A DNA stretch of 64,000 nt from a bacterium (GTDB lineage Bacteria; Electryoneota; JAOADG01), in assembly GCA_963681965.1 (NCBI GenBank), contig OY820579.1, positions 4,160,001 through 4,224,000 of the forward strand, in the 5' to 3' direction. Below, in pieces: positions 9,491 to 18,537 of this stretch. The stretch's first letter is position 1. Every line of letters begins with the position of its first letter. The notes under the pieces were generated by a model, which saw only the letters and a program-made list of their open reading frames with translations, searched no databases and was not told where the DNA came from. The translations under genes were made by a program, and so were the position numbers.

Positions 9491-12004
9491 TTACACATTC
9501 ACTTCTTCACTGCGATTGCGGCGATTGAACCACCAGCCGCCGGCGATGATCAACAACGCGACCACAAACGATACCAGCGAGAGCCACAGCCCTTTCTTGA
9601 ACTGTTGGTCTGCCGTATAGACCCATTCAACCGTCGCTTTCCCGGCAGGCACTGCGACGCCGCGCATCACCGCATTCACCGTTAGAGGATCGGCAGGTTG
9701 TCCATTGACATTCACTTTCCAGAATGGTGCCGACACTTCCGCCAACACCAATACTCCCGGCGTTGCCCGATTCGTGGTAATTTCAATCCGATCCGGTGAA
9801 TATTTCGTCACGGATGCCGACGCCAGCGAATCGTATGAATGTGCCGGAGCCGTCTTTTCGACGTAGGTTACATCGTCACCATGCCAACTGCTCTCGCGCA
9901 TCTTCTCTTGCGCGGCTTCTTGATCCGCTACCGATTCGACGCGCCGCGCAAAGTACGCTCGCGGCAAGGCGCCTTTTAATTCATAGAGGTAGCCGGTCTC
10001 GTCGCGTGCCACTTCGCGGAAATACGGTGTCAGTAGGAACCGATCAATTTGATAGGCACGCTGATTGATTTCGCGCCACTGATTCATCGGTGCGACTTTC
10101 AACATTGTGAGTGAATCGAGCACCGGTTGTTCGGTTGCGAAGTAGCGCACGTTCAGCGCTCGCAATACATTCGGATTCAGCAACACTTCGGATTTGACGA
10201 ATTTGTCCCAATTCGCCAATTTAACGCCGCTGTAACCGCGCACGTTCTGCAAACCGAATGCCGACCACCAATTGATTGCGCGATTACGTTGCATTTCGGT
10301 CGGTGCTACCCGGAACAGTCCCGGCTGTTGCTTCATGAACTTCACACGACCGGTTTCAGCAAAGTAATTGTCCCATTCCGAGGCATCGACGAAATTGACC
10401 AATGGACGGGCATTGTTGTTGATGATCGGGAGGAATTCGATCGCGACACCGACAATCAATGCCGCAATCAATACCGGTGGTTTGATCGTTTCCTTCACGA
10501 TGAAGTAGAGCAATGCGCAAATAGCCGCGAGAATCAAGAATGCCCGGACACCGCCACCGAATGCGACACTCCACATATCCTCAGCGGCTTGATTGAATTG
10601 TTCGGCGGGCACATTCGGATTCATCGACATGCCGTGTTGCACATAAGACGCCTTCATGCCGGTCGACATCATTGCCGAAAGCAGGAAGAATGCGATCAGC
10701 AGTACCGCACCACCGATCATCACTTTCTTGAATAGTGCCACCTGTTTCTCACTCGAGTTGAGAGCGATCCGGAATACTTCGCCGTAACCGCGCGCCGCCA
10801 GTACAATCATTCCGAGTTGAGTTAATATCAATATCAACGACGGTACCCGGAACTTCTTGAACATCGGAATGAAATCGAAGAACAATTTGTACAGGATCGG
10901 AGCGAATTTACCCCATGACACCATCCATGCTACCACTGCGAGAATCAGCAGCATCCAAGTGACACGATCGCGTTTCAGCGAGATCGCGAGGATCGCACCG
11001 ATCAATGCGACAATACCGAACGTGAGCGGCATATCGGTAAACGGCATATAGCCCCAATACGTGGCACCACCGGAACCGAAGAATGTCGACCAGAGGAACG
11101 TGATCGATTCCATCGGATGGAACGACCAGCCCGTCGCATATTCCCAATCGACGCCACCGCCGGTCGCGCCGCGACTCGATGCCGACGTGAAATCCAAGAC
11201 CGGCAACACCAGCACGAGACTGATACCGACACCGATTGCGACGGCAAGAACAATCTTCCCGACTTTCAATGCCCCTTCGGGAATCTTCTTGTCGCGAATC
11301 GCACAGATCAGTTCCCAGATTCCCATCCAACCGACCAGCATAAACCCGTAATAGGAGAGTTGCGTGTGCAACGACAGCACCGACAAACCGCAGATGATCG
11401 CGAGAATGCCGACATGATGCCACCCTTTGTATTTGGTGACCCGCATCGTGCCCCAGAGCATCCACGGAATCACCGCCGACGACATCAGCTTCGAACCGTG
11501 TCCGACATCGGGCAGCACAATCAGAGCTGGTAACCACAACCAGACCAATCCCGAAACAAAACCGAGACCGCGATTCTCACCCATCTCCCGAACGACATAA
11601 TACACACCGACTGCGCCAATCAGCAGATAGAAATAAATCACTGCCGCTTCACCGCCGAACAGAAAACCGATCGGTTTCACCAGATACCAGATCGGATTCA
11701 CAAACAGACCGTAATGGTATGCAGCAAACAGCGGCATTCCGCAGAAGATGTACGGATTCCAGAGCGGTAGCGCGCTGTCTTTCAACACCATTTCGGTGGC
11801 ACGCGACAACGATGATGCGGCAATCGAGTCCGGCGAAAGACTGGTCTTCATTCCCAAAAAGAACAGCGGGTAGAACAGTACCACCATTGCGGCGTAAAAG
11901 CCGATAATGGCGATTGCATCCAGTTTCCACCCTTCCCAAGCGAATCCCGGTTTCGATTCGCTGGTGGTGTGGGTTGTCGTATTCGGTTTCTTCGGTTTGG
12001 ACAT
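9491..12004 (-). CDS. YfhO family (GT-C fold) membrane protein
   Basis: PLWNPYIFCGMP motif, many TM helices, KFRVPS, LPRAYF, C-terminal Ig-like domain plus TM. Confidence 0.8.
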   Translation of the reverse strand: MSKPKKPNTTTHTTSESKPGFAWEGWKLDAIAIIGFYAAMVVLFYPLFFLGMKTSLSPDSIAASSLSRATEMVLKDSALPLWNPYIFCGMPLFAAYHYGLFVNPIWYLVKPIGFLFGGEAAVIYFYLLIGAVGVYYVVREMGENRGLGFVSGLVWLWLPALIVLPDVGHGSKLMSSAVIPWMLWGTMRVTKYKGWHHVGILAIICGLSVLSLHTQLSYYGFMLVGWMGIWELICAIRDKKIPEGALKVGKIVLAVAIGVGISLVLVLPVLDFTSASSRGATGGGVDWEYATGWSFHPMESITFLWSTFFGSGGATYWGYMPFTDMPLTFGIVALIGAILAISLKRDRVTWMLLILAVVAWMVSWGKFAPILYKLFFDFIPMFKKFRVPSLILILTQLGMIVLAARGYGEVFRIALNSSEKQVALFKKVMIGGAVLLIAFFLLSAMMSTGMKASYVQHGMSMNPNVPAEQFNQAAEDMWSVAFGGGVRAFLILAAICALLYFIVKETIKPPVLIAALIVGVAIEFLPIINNNARPLVNFVDASEWDNYFAETGRVKFMKQQPGLFRVAPTEMQRNRAINWWSAFGLQNVRGYSGVKLANWDKFVKSEVLLNPNVLRALNVRYFATEQPVLDSLTMLKVAPMNQWREINQRAYQIDRFLLTPYFREVARDETGYLYELKGALPRAYFARRVESVADQEAAQEKMRESSWHGDDVTYVEKTAPAHSYDSLASASVTKYSPDRIEITTNRATPGVLVLAEVSAPFWKVNVNGQPADPLTVNAVMRGVAVPAGKATVEWVYTADQQFKKGLWLSLVSFVVALLIIAGGWWFNRRNRSEEVNV

Positions 12005-12039
12005 CGGTGCCTCAAGATTTTGAATAAAAGTCAATTAAA

Positions 12040-12190
12040 TAGTATCAATTGAGAATAGGTTGTTGTCGATAGTAGGGGTGGCTCCCCGCGGCCGCCCGCA
12101 GGTCATTGTAGGTACAGACACTCCTGTCTGTACACGTCCGCCGTAAGGCGGACACCGAATCAAGACAACTTATTTTCAAGAACTACCATA
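12040..12190 (+). mobile_element. MITE-like element with imperfect TIRs, TA at both ends and REP hairpin cargo
   Basis: Left end TAGTATCAATTGAGAATAGGTTGT; right end ACAACTTATTTTCAAGAACTACCATA; homologous to 57274-57389 in the opposite orientation. Confidence 0.65.
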
Positions 12191-12310
12191 ATAAATTCCA
12201 AGATAGTTGTTCAGGGCGCGGATCGAAAATAATAATCGTTCTCATTCGAATTCTTTACCGTCTGATCGTTGGTTCGCACAATTCCTGTTCGCCGCATTAC
12301 AACTCGACGG

Positions 12311-13084
12311 TTATGAACAGAAATGATGCTCAAGTAACCATTGGTATGAAGATTCGAGATAATTTTCTTTCGCTTCCACTGCCCAATATGCATCGGGAGC
12401 ATGTTTCAATAACGCTTCGCAAACTTCCTGAAACGGGATTGTACCCATACCGAAACCCAGATGTTCGTCGGCGAGACCGTGATTGTCGTGCATGTGCACG
12501 TATCCGATGCGCGGACCTAGTTGTTCGATCCATTCGAAGATCGGGTACTTCGATGCAAAATTGACATGACCGATATCGAGATTGATCTTCACATTCGGAC
12601 GATCGATCGCATCGACCGTATCCATCAGTATCCGGTACTCGCGATCGAACAGATTCTCGATATAAAACCGGATCGCATTATCTTTCCCTTCCAGAAACGA
12701 GTGCCAGAATGCGGTAGATCGTTTGACCCAATTCGCCGGGTTACTGGTTAGTGGAACATACCCATGATGAAAAATGATGTGTTTCGCATCTAGTTGCAAA
12801 GCGTCGCGGTAACTTTGTTCAAATCGCTGCCGCGCAACTTCTCGAACCAGTGGATCGAAACTGCCGGGACAGAGATCGCCGAAACAACCGTGTAGCGAAA
12901 TCAAATCGATTCCCGCAATGGCTTGTCGATGCCGTGAAATCGCGTCCGGTTCATGGTCGATAAATAGTGGATCGAAAAACGCCTGAATTTCGATACCGGT
13001 ATGAAACCGCTTGCAAAGCGGGACAACCTGCTCGACCAATCCGTTATCGCAAATTATCGGCTTTACCACACTATCCTCGCTCAT
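12311..13084 (-). CDS. Sugar phosphate isomerase/epimerase (xylose isomerase-like TIM barrel)
   Basis: SLHG, IFHHG, IENL, LDIGH, YVHMHDNHGLADEHLGFGMGTIPF; start position uncertain. Confidence 0.8.
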   Translation of the reverse strand: MSEDSVVKPIICDNGLVEQVVPLCKRFHTGIEIQAFFDPLFIDHEPDAISRHRQAIAGIDLISLHGCFGDLCPGSFDPLVREVARQRFEQSYRDALQLDAKHIIFHHGYVPLTSNPANWVKRSTAFWHSFLEGKDNAIRFYIENLFDREYRILMDTVDAIDRPNVKINLDIGHVNFASKYPIFEWIEQLGPRIGYVHMHDNHGLADEHLGFGMGTIPFQEVCEALLKHAPDAYWAVEAKENYLESSYQWLLEHHFCS

Positions 13085-13132
13085 CGGAGAATTCTTCACA
13101 GCAACTACTGGCAATAGTCGTCTATTGTTGGA

Positions 13133-13897
13133 TTAAGTTTTTTTCGTACCGAGCATCTGCGTCAAATGCATCACAATTTCCGATGCTTCGCCACGGAACA
13201 ATAACCAGGTTCCGTCTGCCGCAATCGATACTTTCCCGGTCTCTTCGGAAACCACCAACACCACGGCGTCGGTTTCCTGCGATGCTGCGAACGCCGCCCG
13301 GTGCCGCATTCCCAACGGTTGATCCGAACTCACCTGAACCGGCAATACGCAGCGTGCTGCGATCATATATTCACCGTCGATAACCACTGCTCCATCGTGC
13401 AACGGTGTTCCCGGCGCAAACAGATTGACGAGCAACTCTGAACTGATTGCGGCATTGATCGTGACACCCGTCTCGATATAATGCGAAACACTGTTCCGGC
13501 GGTGCAGCACCATGATTGCGCCCCAGCGCCGATTCGACAAATCGGTACAGGCACGCGCGAGAATGTCCGGCAGATTCGGATCGACATGACGACGCGACCA
13601 CGGTGTGCGACCCAGATCGCTCAGCGCGCGCCGAAGTTCCGGTTGGAACAGAATGACGAATGCCACCGCCCAAACCGCCGAAAGCGACTCCAGTATCCAC
13701 GAGAGTGCCCGTAAATTCAGCAATCGTGCCAGCATCCCGAATGCGAGCAGCAACAACAGACCAATCCACATGCGCGAAGCACGGGTCGTGCGGGTGAGTC
13801 GCCAGAGATAGAAGAAGACTGTTGCGACCAGTAGGATGTCGATCACATCGACAATCCGGATCGTGGCAAAGCCCAATTTTAGTAAATCAAGATTCAT
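13133..13897 (-). CDS. cdaA: Diadenylate cyclase CdaA/DacA
   Basis: Three TM helices, ILFQPELRRAL, catalytic PLHDGA and GMRHRAA motifs, VVSEETG; ATGA overlap with the tsaB stop. Confidence 0.92.
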   Translation of the reverse strand: MNLDLLKLGFATIRIVDVIDILLVATVFFYLWRLTRTTRASRMWIGLLLLLAFGMLARLLNLRALSWILESLSAVWAVAFVILFQPELRRALSDLGRTPWSRRHVDPNLPDILARACTDLSNRRWGAIMVLHRRNSVSHYIETGVTINAAISSELLVNLFAPGTPLHDGAVVIDGEYMIAARCVLPVQVSSDQPLGMRHRAAFAASQETDAVVLVVSEETGKVSIAADGTWLLFRGEASEIVMHLTQMLGTKKT

Positions 13898-14463
13898 ATT
13901 GCCGGATCCTTCCGGGAATATTGATCGTAATATTGCGGTAACGTTTGCGAATGCTCGGTTTCCGACACGATTTTCACCAGTGCGCGGAGATATTGTTCGA
14001 AATCGGGTACGCTGCACTGGATCTGTTCATCGGCGCCGTACTTCAACGGATCGAGGCAGGGAAAACCGAATACCGGTTCGGTTAATTCGCAAAGCGGATG
14101 AATTTCAATTCGATCGTTTACATGGTGAACCAGTACTTCCCCGCTGCGCGATGCTGCCACCAGCAACGCTCCTGCTGGAGAAATTGCTGCAAGAATCTGC
14201 CACACCGTGATTCCCGACCACGGTATCGATTTTGCCGTCGCCAGTCCTTGTGCGAATGCGACGCCTACTCGAGTGCCGGTATACGAACCCGGTCCGATAT
14301 CGACACCGATCCGATCGAATCCTTTTGCGATAAACGGCGCAATCAATTCACGCAACTGTTCACCGGTGTTATGTGAGGAGAATTCGTGCCACTCGAACTG
14401 GTTGCCGTTACTCCAAGCCACGCCACAGCGCGCCTGCGAGGTGGAAATTGCGAGTGTTCTCAC
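13894..14463 (-). CDS. tsaB: tRNA t6A biosynthesis protein TsaB
   Basis: LAISTS and IGVDIGPGSYTGTRVGVAFAQGLA; GTG start overlaps the tsaE TGA. Confidence 0.85.
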   Translation of the reverse strand: MRTLAISTSQARCGVAWSNGNQFEWHEFSSHNTGEQLRELIAPFIAKGFDRIGVDIGPGSYTGTRVGVAFAQGLATAKSIPWSGITVWQILAAISPAGALLVAASRSGEVLVHHVNDRIEIHPLCELTEPVFGFPCLDPLKYGADEQIQCSVPDFEQYLRALVKIVSETEHSQTLPQYYDQYSRKDPAI

Positions 14464-14897
14464 CAACCCCTCCCAAACGTCACGACGCGACGATCGTCGA
14501 TTATTTCGAATTGAAGATGTTTCGCCGTAGCCGGTAACCGGCTCGGAAAGCGATCTGCCCACTCCAATGCGATAAAGGGATTCTGATCCACGAATTCATC
14601 CCATCCGATGGAATCCAATTCCGATTCGTGTTCCAACCGATACCAGTCGCAATGCACCAATGATTGAGTTCCGGTATACGTCTGAATGATCGCGAAGGTC
14701 GGCGAACTCACGCTGTCGACACAACCCAATCCAGCCGCCAATCCGCGCACGAAAGTTGTTTTTCCGGCACCGAGATCGCCATGCAATGCGAGAAACCAAT
14801 GTCCCCGCAACTGTTCGGCGCAAAGCATGCCAAACTGTATCGTCGCAGTTTCCGAGGGAAGGTCGATTTGCTCGCCGGTGCGTAAAACGATGTTCAT
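14460..14897 (-). CDS. tsaE: tRNA t6A biosynthesis ATPase TsaE
   Basis: LHGDLGAGKTTF, VSSPTF, HCDWYRL, EWAD. Confidence 0.93.
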   Translation of the reverse strand: MNIVLRTGEQIDLPSETATIQFGMLCAEQLRGHWFLALHGDLGAGKTTFVRGLAAGLGCVDSVSSPTFAIIQTYTGTQSLVHCDWYRLEHESELDSIGWDEFVDQNPFIALEWADRFPSRLPATAKHLQFEIIDDRRVVTFGRGW

Positions 14898-16456
14898 TTG
14901 CCTTTTTTCGGGGTTAAGGTCACCACCGGTAAAATCAATTCTTCCAGCGAAATTCCGCCGTGCTGGAAACTTTCGCGATACTGCGTGGCATACTGATTGC
15001 TATTCGTCGGATAAACGAAGAAATAGTCTTCCCGCGCGATCAAATAAGTCGTATTGACACCGCGCTTCGGCAAATGCCAGTGATCGGGATGATCGATATA
15101 GAGCGCATGTTTCCGGTCGCATTTCAAATTTCTGCCGTATTTGTAACGCAATCCCGATGACGCTTCGCGATCCGCCAGCACCCGCGCCGGATGCTTCCCT
15201 CGGGTACTTCCGTGATCGGTCGTCAATACGACAATCATTCCCGCTTTGGCAAAGGCTTCAAGCATCGTCGGCAGCGTACTGTGGCGATACCAGTTGCGCA
15301 CTACATCGCGGTAGGCTGCTTCGTTCGGTACGAGATCCCGCATCACCGCTACGGCACTGCGCGAATGTGCGATTTGATCGACGAAATTGAACACCAATGC
15401 CGTCATCTGCGACGAGGTGTAATGACTGATTCGTCGATCGAGCAATGCCCCTTCATCGGGACTGTTCGCCTTCGCATAGCGAATCTCGCCGGTCAATTTG
15501 ACGTCGTACGAATTCAGTTGGACTTCCAGAAACTCTTTTTCGAATCGGTTCGCCGACATATCGTCTTCATCGGCGAGTGTAAATAAATCGGGATAATGTT
15601 TCTCGATCTCGTCGGGAAATAGTCCGGTGAACAGCGAATTTCGAGCATACGGTGTTGCCGACGGGAGCACGCCGAAATAAGTCTGCCGGTCGATATCGAA
15701 TAGCGGTCGAATCAACGGTTCCAGCGCGAGCCACTGATCGAGTCGAAGACAATCGATCACAATAAATGCGACCGATTTATTTTTTTCCAGATGCGGCACG
15801 ACATATTCGGCGATAATATGTGGCGACATCAACACGCCGTTGTTGTCCCGCACCAAATCGCGATATTGCTTCTCTACTGTCTTGGCGAAATCGATGTTTG
15901 CCTGATTGCGCAGCTCCTGCAGCGTCAGTTGCAAGGCGTCGTCGGCGTGAAGTTCGTCGACCAATTCGATTTCCCATTTCGACAATTCGGTGTGAAATTC
16001 GCACCACTCGTCGATCGTCGATGACGACGAGATCAGCGATTGCAGCCGGTTGAATTCGGTCAGATAGACGCGTTGCGATTCGCTACGTGCCAGTTGACGC
16101 CCTTCCAGCACTCGTTTCAATACTGCCAGCACCTGACTGCCGCGGATCGGTTTGACGATAAAATCGGATAACTGATGCGAAAACGCTTCTTCGATCAACG
16201 CTTCATCTTCCGATTGTGTAATCATGATGATCGGAACATCCAACCGTGCCGCGCGCAGTTCCGGCAGCACTTCCAGACCCGATTTGCCGGTCATCATCTG
16301 ATCGAGCAAAACGGCATCGAACGGAAAGTCGCGCAGTCGGGAGACGCCGTCTTCCGGATTGGAAACCCCTTCGACCTCGTAGCCGCGTTCCTGTAGGAAC
16401 AGAATGTGCGGTCGCAGGTAATCAATTTCGTCGTCGATCCAAAGCAGTTTGAACAT
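14894..16456 (-). CDS. porX: PorX-like response regulator (REC + PglZ/alkaline-phosphatase-fold domain)
   Basis: LWIDDEI, LLDQMM, IMITQS, VIDCLRLDQW, LPSATPYARNS, NFVDQIAH, TTDHGS, FQHGGISLEE; 520 aa; adjacent to tsaE as in Bacteroidota. Confidence 0.85.
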   Translation of the reverse strand: MFKLLWIDDEIDYLRPHILFLQERGYEVEGVSNPEDGVSRLRDFPFDAVLLDQMMTGKSGLEVLPELRAARLDVPIIMITQSEDEALIEEAFSHQLSDFIVKPIRGSQVLAVLKRVLEGRQLARSESQRVYLTEFNRLQSLISSSSTIDEWCEFHTELSKWEIELVDELHADDALQLTLQELRNQANIDFAKTVEKQYRDLVRDNNGVLMSPHIIAEYVVPHLEKNKSVAFIVIDCLRLDQWLALEPLIRPLFDIDRQTYFGVLPSATPYARNSLFTGLFPDEIEKHYPDLFTLADEDDMSANRFEKEFLEVQLNSYDVKLTGEIRYAKANSPDEGALLDRRISHYTSSQMTALVFNFVDQIAHSRSAVAVMRDLVPNEAAYRDVVRNWYRHSTLPTMLEAFAKAGMIVVLTTDHGSTRGKHPARVLADREASSGLRYKYGRNLKCDRKHALYIDHPDHWHLPKRGVNTTYLIAREDYFFVYPTNSNQYATQYRESFQHGGISLEELILPVVTLTPKKGK

Positions 16457-16460
16457 GGCG

Positions 16461-17282
16461 TTACTCCCGATTCATTTTCATTGCCGCTCGCAGCAAGTCG
16501 GCATACGCTTTGTAAAACGCTTGCAGCTCGGGATACGGTTCCAATTTCTTCATTGCTTCCGACACCATCTTCCGGTCGTTTCGCGCAACCGGACCAGTCG
16601 CCGCATTCGCAGCGCCCAGTTCCAGTGCGTTCTGGGTCGAACGCATAACCATTTCACTTACCACCCGGGTAATTAATTCCGGAGGAAGTGAGGTGGAACG
16701 AGACAATTGTTCGATTGCGGCAACCATTGCGAACGGAAGATTCGACGCAAATTGACTGATCAAATGAACCAGCGGTTTTTCTTCCGGTTTAATCACGACC
16801 GAAAAACAGCCGGTACTCTTCGAAAATTCATGTGCCCAATTACAGGCACCTTCAGTGCCAGCCAGTGCGAAAACCACGCCGATCAATTCATCGATACTCT
16901 GCCCGAGCAGCGACCGAAGTGGATGGACCGCCGCGTATTCACCGGACGCGCCCACCAATGGTTCGAGTGCATAGGGAAGATGCCAACCCGAAGTATGCAA
17001 CGCCATCTTGGGATGCAAACCAGCCTTCAACCAATCGGCAATAACTTGATCGAGATAATCGTCCGGAACGCAAAACCAGACACGATCCGGTGTACCGGAA
17101 AAGATCCCGGCTTCGATCGTGAATTGCGCATCGTCAATCAGTACTATACCCTGCGTTACATCGAAGAGGCGAATCTTCGATCCGTATTTTCGTTCGGCGA
17201 TGGCGATCAACCGACCGACCCGACCCGAACCGATAATCCACGCTTGCTCGCTGTCATTAAATTCACTGACAGTCATATTCAC
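16461..17282 (-). CDS. Rossmann-like + DUF2520 domain protein (PanG-like oxidoreductase)
   Basis: IIGSGRVG, CVPDD, HTSG, HPL, FASN, TGPVARND. Confidence 0.8.
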   Translation of the reverse strand: MNMTVSEFNDSEQAWIIGSGRVGRLIAIAERKYGSKIRLFDVTQGIVLIDDAQFTIEAGIFSGTPDRVWFCVPDDYLDQVIADWLKAGLHPKMALHTSGWHLPYALEPLVGASGEYAAVHPLRSLLGQSIDELIGVVFALAGTEGACNWAHEFSKSTGCFSVVIKPEEKPLVHLISQFASNLPFAMVAAIEQLSRSTSLPPELITRVVSEMVMRSTQNALELGAANAATGPVARNDRKMVSEAMKKLEPYPELQAFYKAYADLLRAAMKMNRE

Positions 17283-18342
17283 CTTTCACGAGGGAGATCG
17301 CAACCGGATCGGTACGATGAAACCGACCAATCACGGCAGCTAAATCGCCCGATGCGAGTAATTGCTTGATCAATGAGTCCTTTCGATCGGGATTGACCGC
17401 GAGCAGCAGACCGCCGGAGGTTTGAGGATCGAATAAGAGACTCAATAACGCTTCGTCTTGAATTTGGATTTGTAAATTCGATTCCGAATAAAGCCGATTG
17501 CGATGCAATCCGCCCGCTAAGTTCGAGCGATCCAGTGCCAATTCGTATGCGGTTGCAAGTAGTGGCACGCGATCGGTAAAAATCATCAGCGATAGTCCGG
17601 AATTTTTCGCAATCTCGAAAGCATGACCGATCAGCCCGAATCCGGTCACATCGGTTGCCGCACGAACGCCCGTCGCGCAAGCCGCATGAGCAGCCGAGGC
17701 ATTCAGTCGCACGAGTGAGGTATGCAGCGCTTCCAATCCTTCGGCTCTCAACTTGTCTTTTTTACACGCTGTTGCCAATACCCCTGTACCGATCGCCTTC
17801 GTTAAAATCAACCAATCGCCGTCACACGCGCCGCTCTTGGTCATCAAATGTTCCGGCTGCACGATACCGGTTACCGAAAATCCGAATTTCACTTCGCGAT
17901 CGCGCACGGTATGCCCACCGAGCAGCACGCAATTCGCTTCTTTCAGTTTGATTTGCGCACCGCGAACAATTTCTGCTAAAATTTCCGGTGGAATTTTTCC
18001 ATCCGGGAAACAGGCGACACTCAGTGCACTGAGCGGCGTACCACCCATCGCATAGACATCGGATAACGAATTTGCTGCGGCAGCCATACCGAAAATAACC
18101 GGATCGTCGACGATCGGTGTAAAAAAATCCACGGTTTGAACGAGTAGGTCGCCACCGGGCGTGCGAATCACGCCGGCATCGTCTAATGCCGAAAGCCCGA
18201 CCAAGACACGGGGATCTTCGATCGTCTCGATATGCTGCAAAATTAGACCCAGCTCCGCCGGACCAATTTTAGCCGCTCAACCGGCACAATCGGAAAACCC
18301 GGTCAGCCGGATTTTATCCACTTTCTCAGGATCATCGTTCAA
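17263..18342 (-). CDS. selD: Selenide, water dikinase; selenoprotein (Sec at in-frame UGA 18279-18277)
   Basis: Reading through the UGA gives IRLTGFSDCAG-U-AAKIGP; DDAGV, TVDFFTPIVDDP, ANSLSDVYAMGG, TDVTGFGL, DPQTSGGLL; start TTG 18342 or GTG 18321. Confidence 0.92.
18239..18270 (-). promoter_or_regulatory. Bacterial SECIS-like hairpin
   Basis: mRNA AAAAUUGGUCCGGC-GGA-GCUGGGUCUAAUUUU begins 6 nt after the UGA and has an apical G. Confidence 0.65.
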
Positions 18343-18537
18343 TGGGAACTCTCTTATAATCAACTACGTACAATACTAATTGGGCGATAAATGTACCGCG
18401 AATCCGATACGGGACTGCTCCCGCGGAACGTCTAACCCAGAAAGATAACCGTTTGACGGCGGTTCTGAAAGCGTTTTAACCGAGTTGCTCGAACGCATCA
18501 ACGATCTTACCTTATTCGAAATCTGATTGGAGGAAAA

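Noticed and set aside
14894-16456. PglZ domain as evidence of a BREX system
   Set aside because: It is fused to a receiver domain next to tsaE (PorX layout), and no brx genes are present
18360-18530. Possible c-di-AMP (ydaO) riboswitch or other RNA upstream of selD
   Set aside because: Only a short CCGCG/CGCGG stem; the conserved ydaO motifs were not found on either strand
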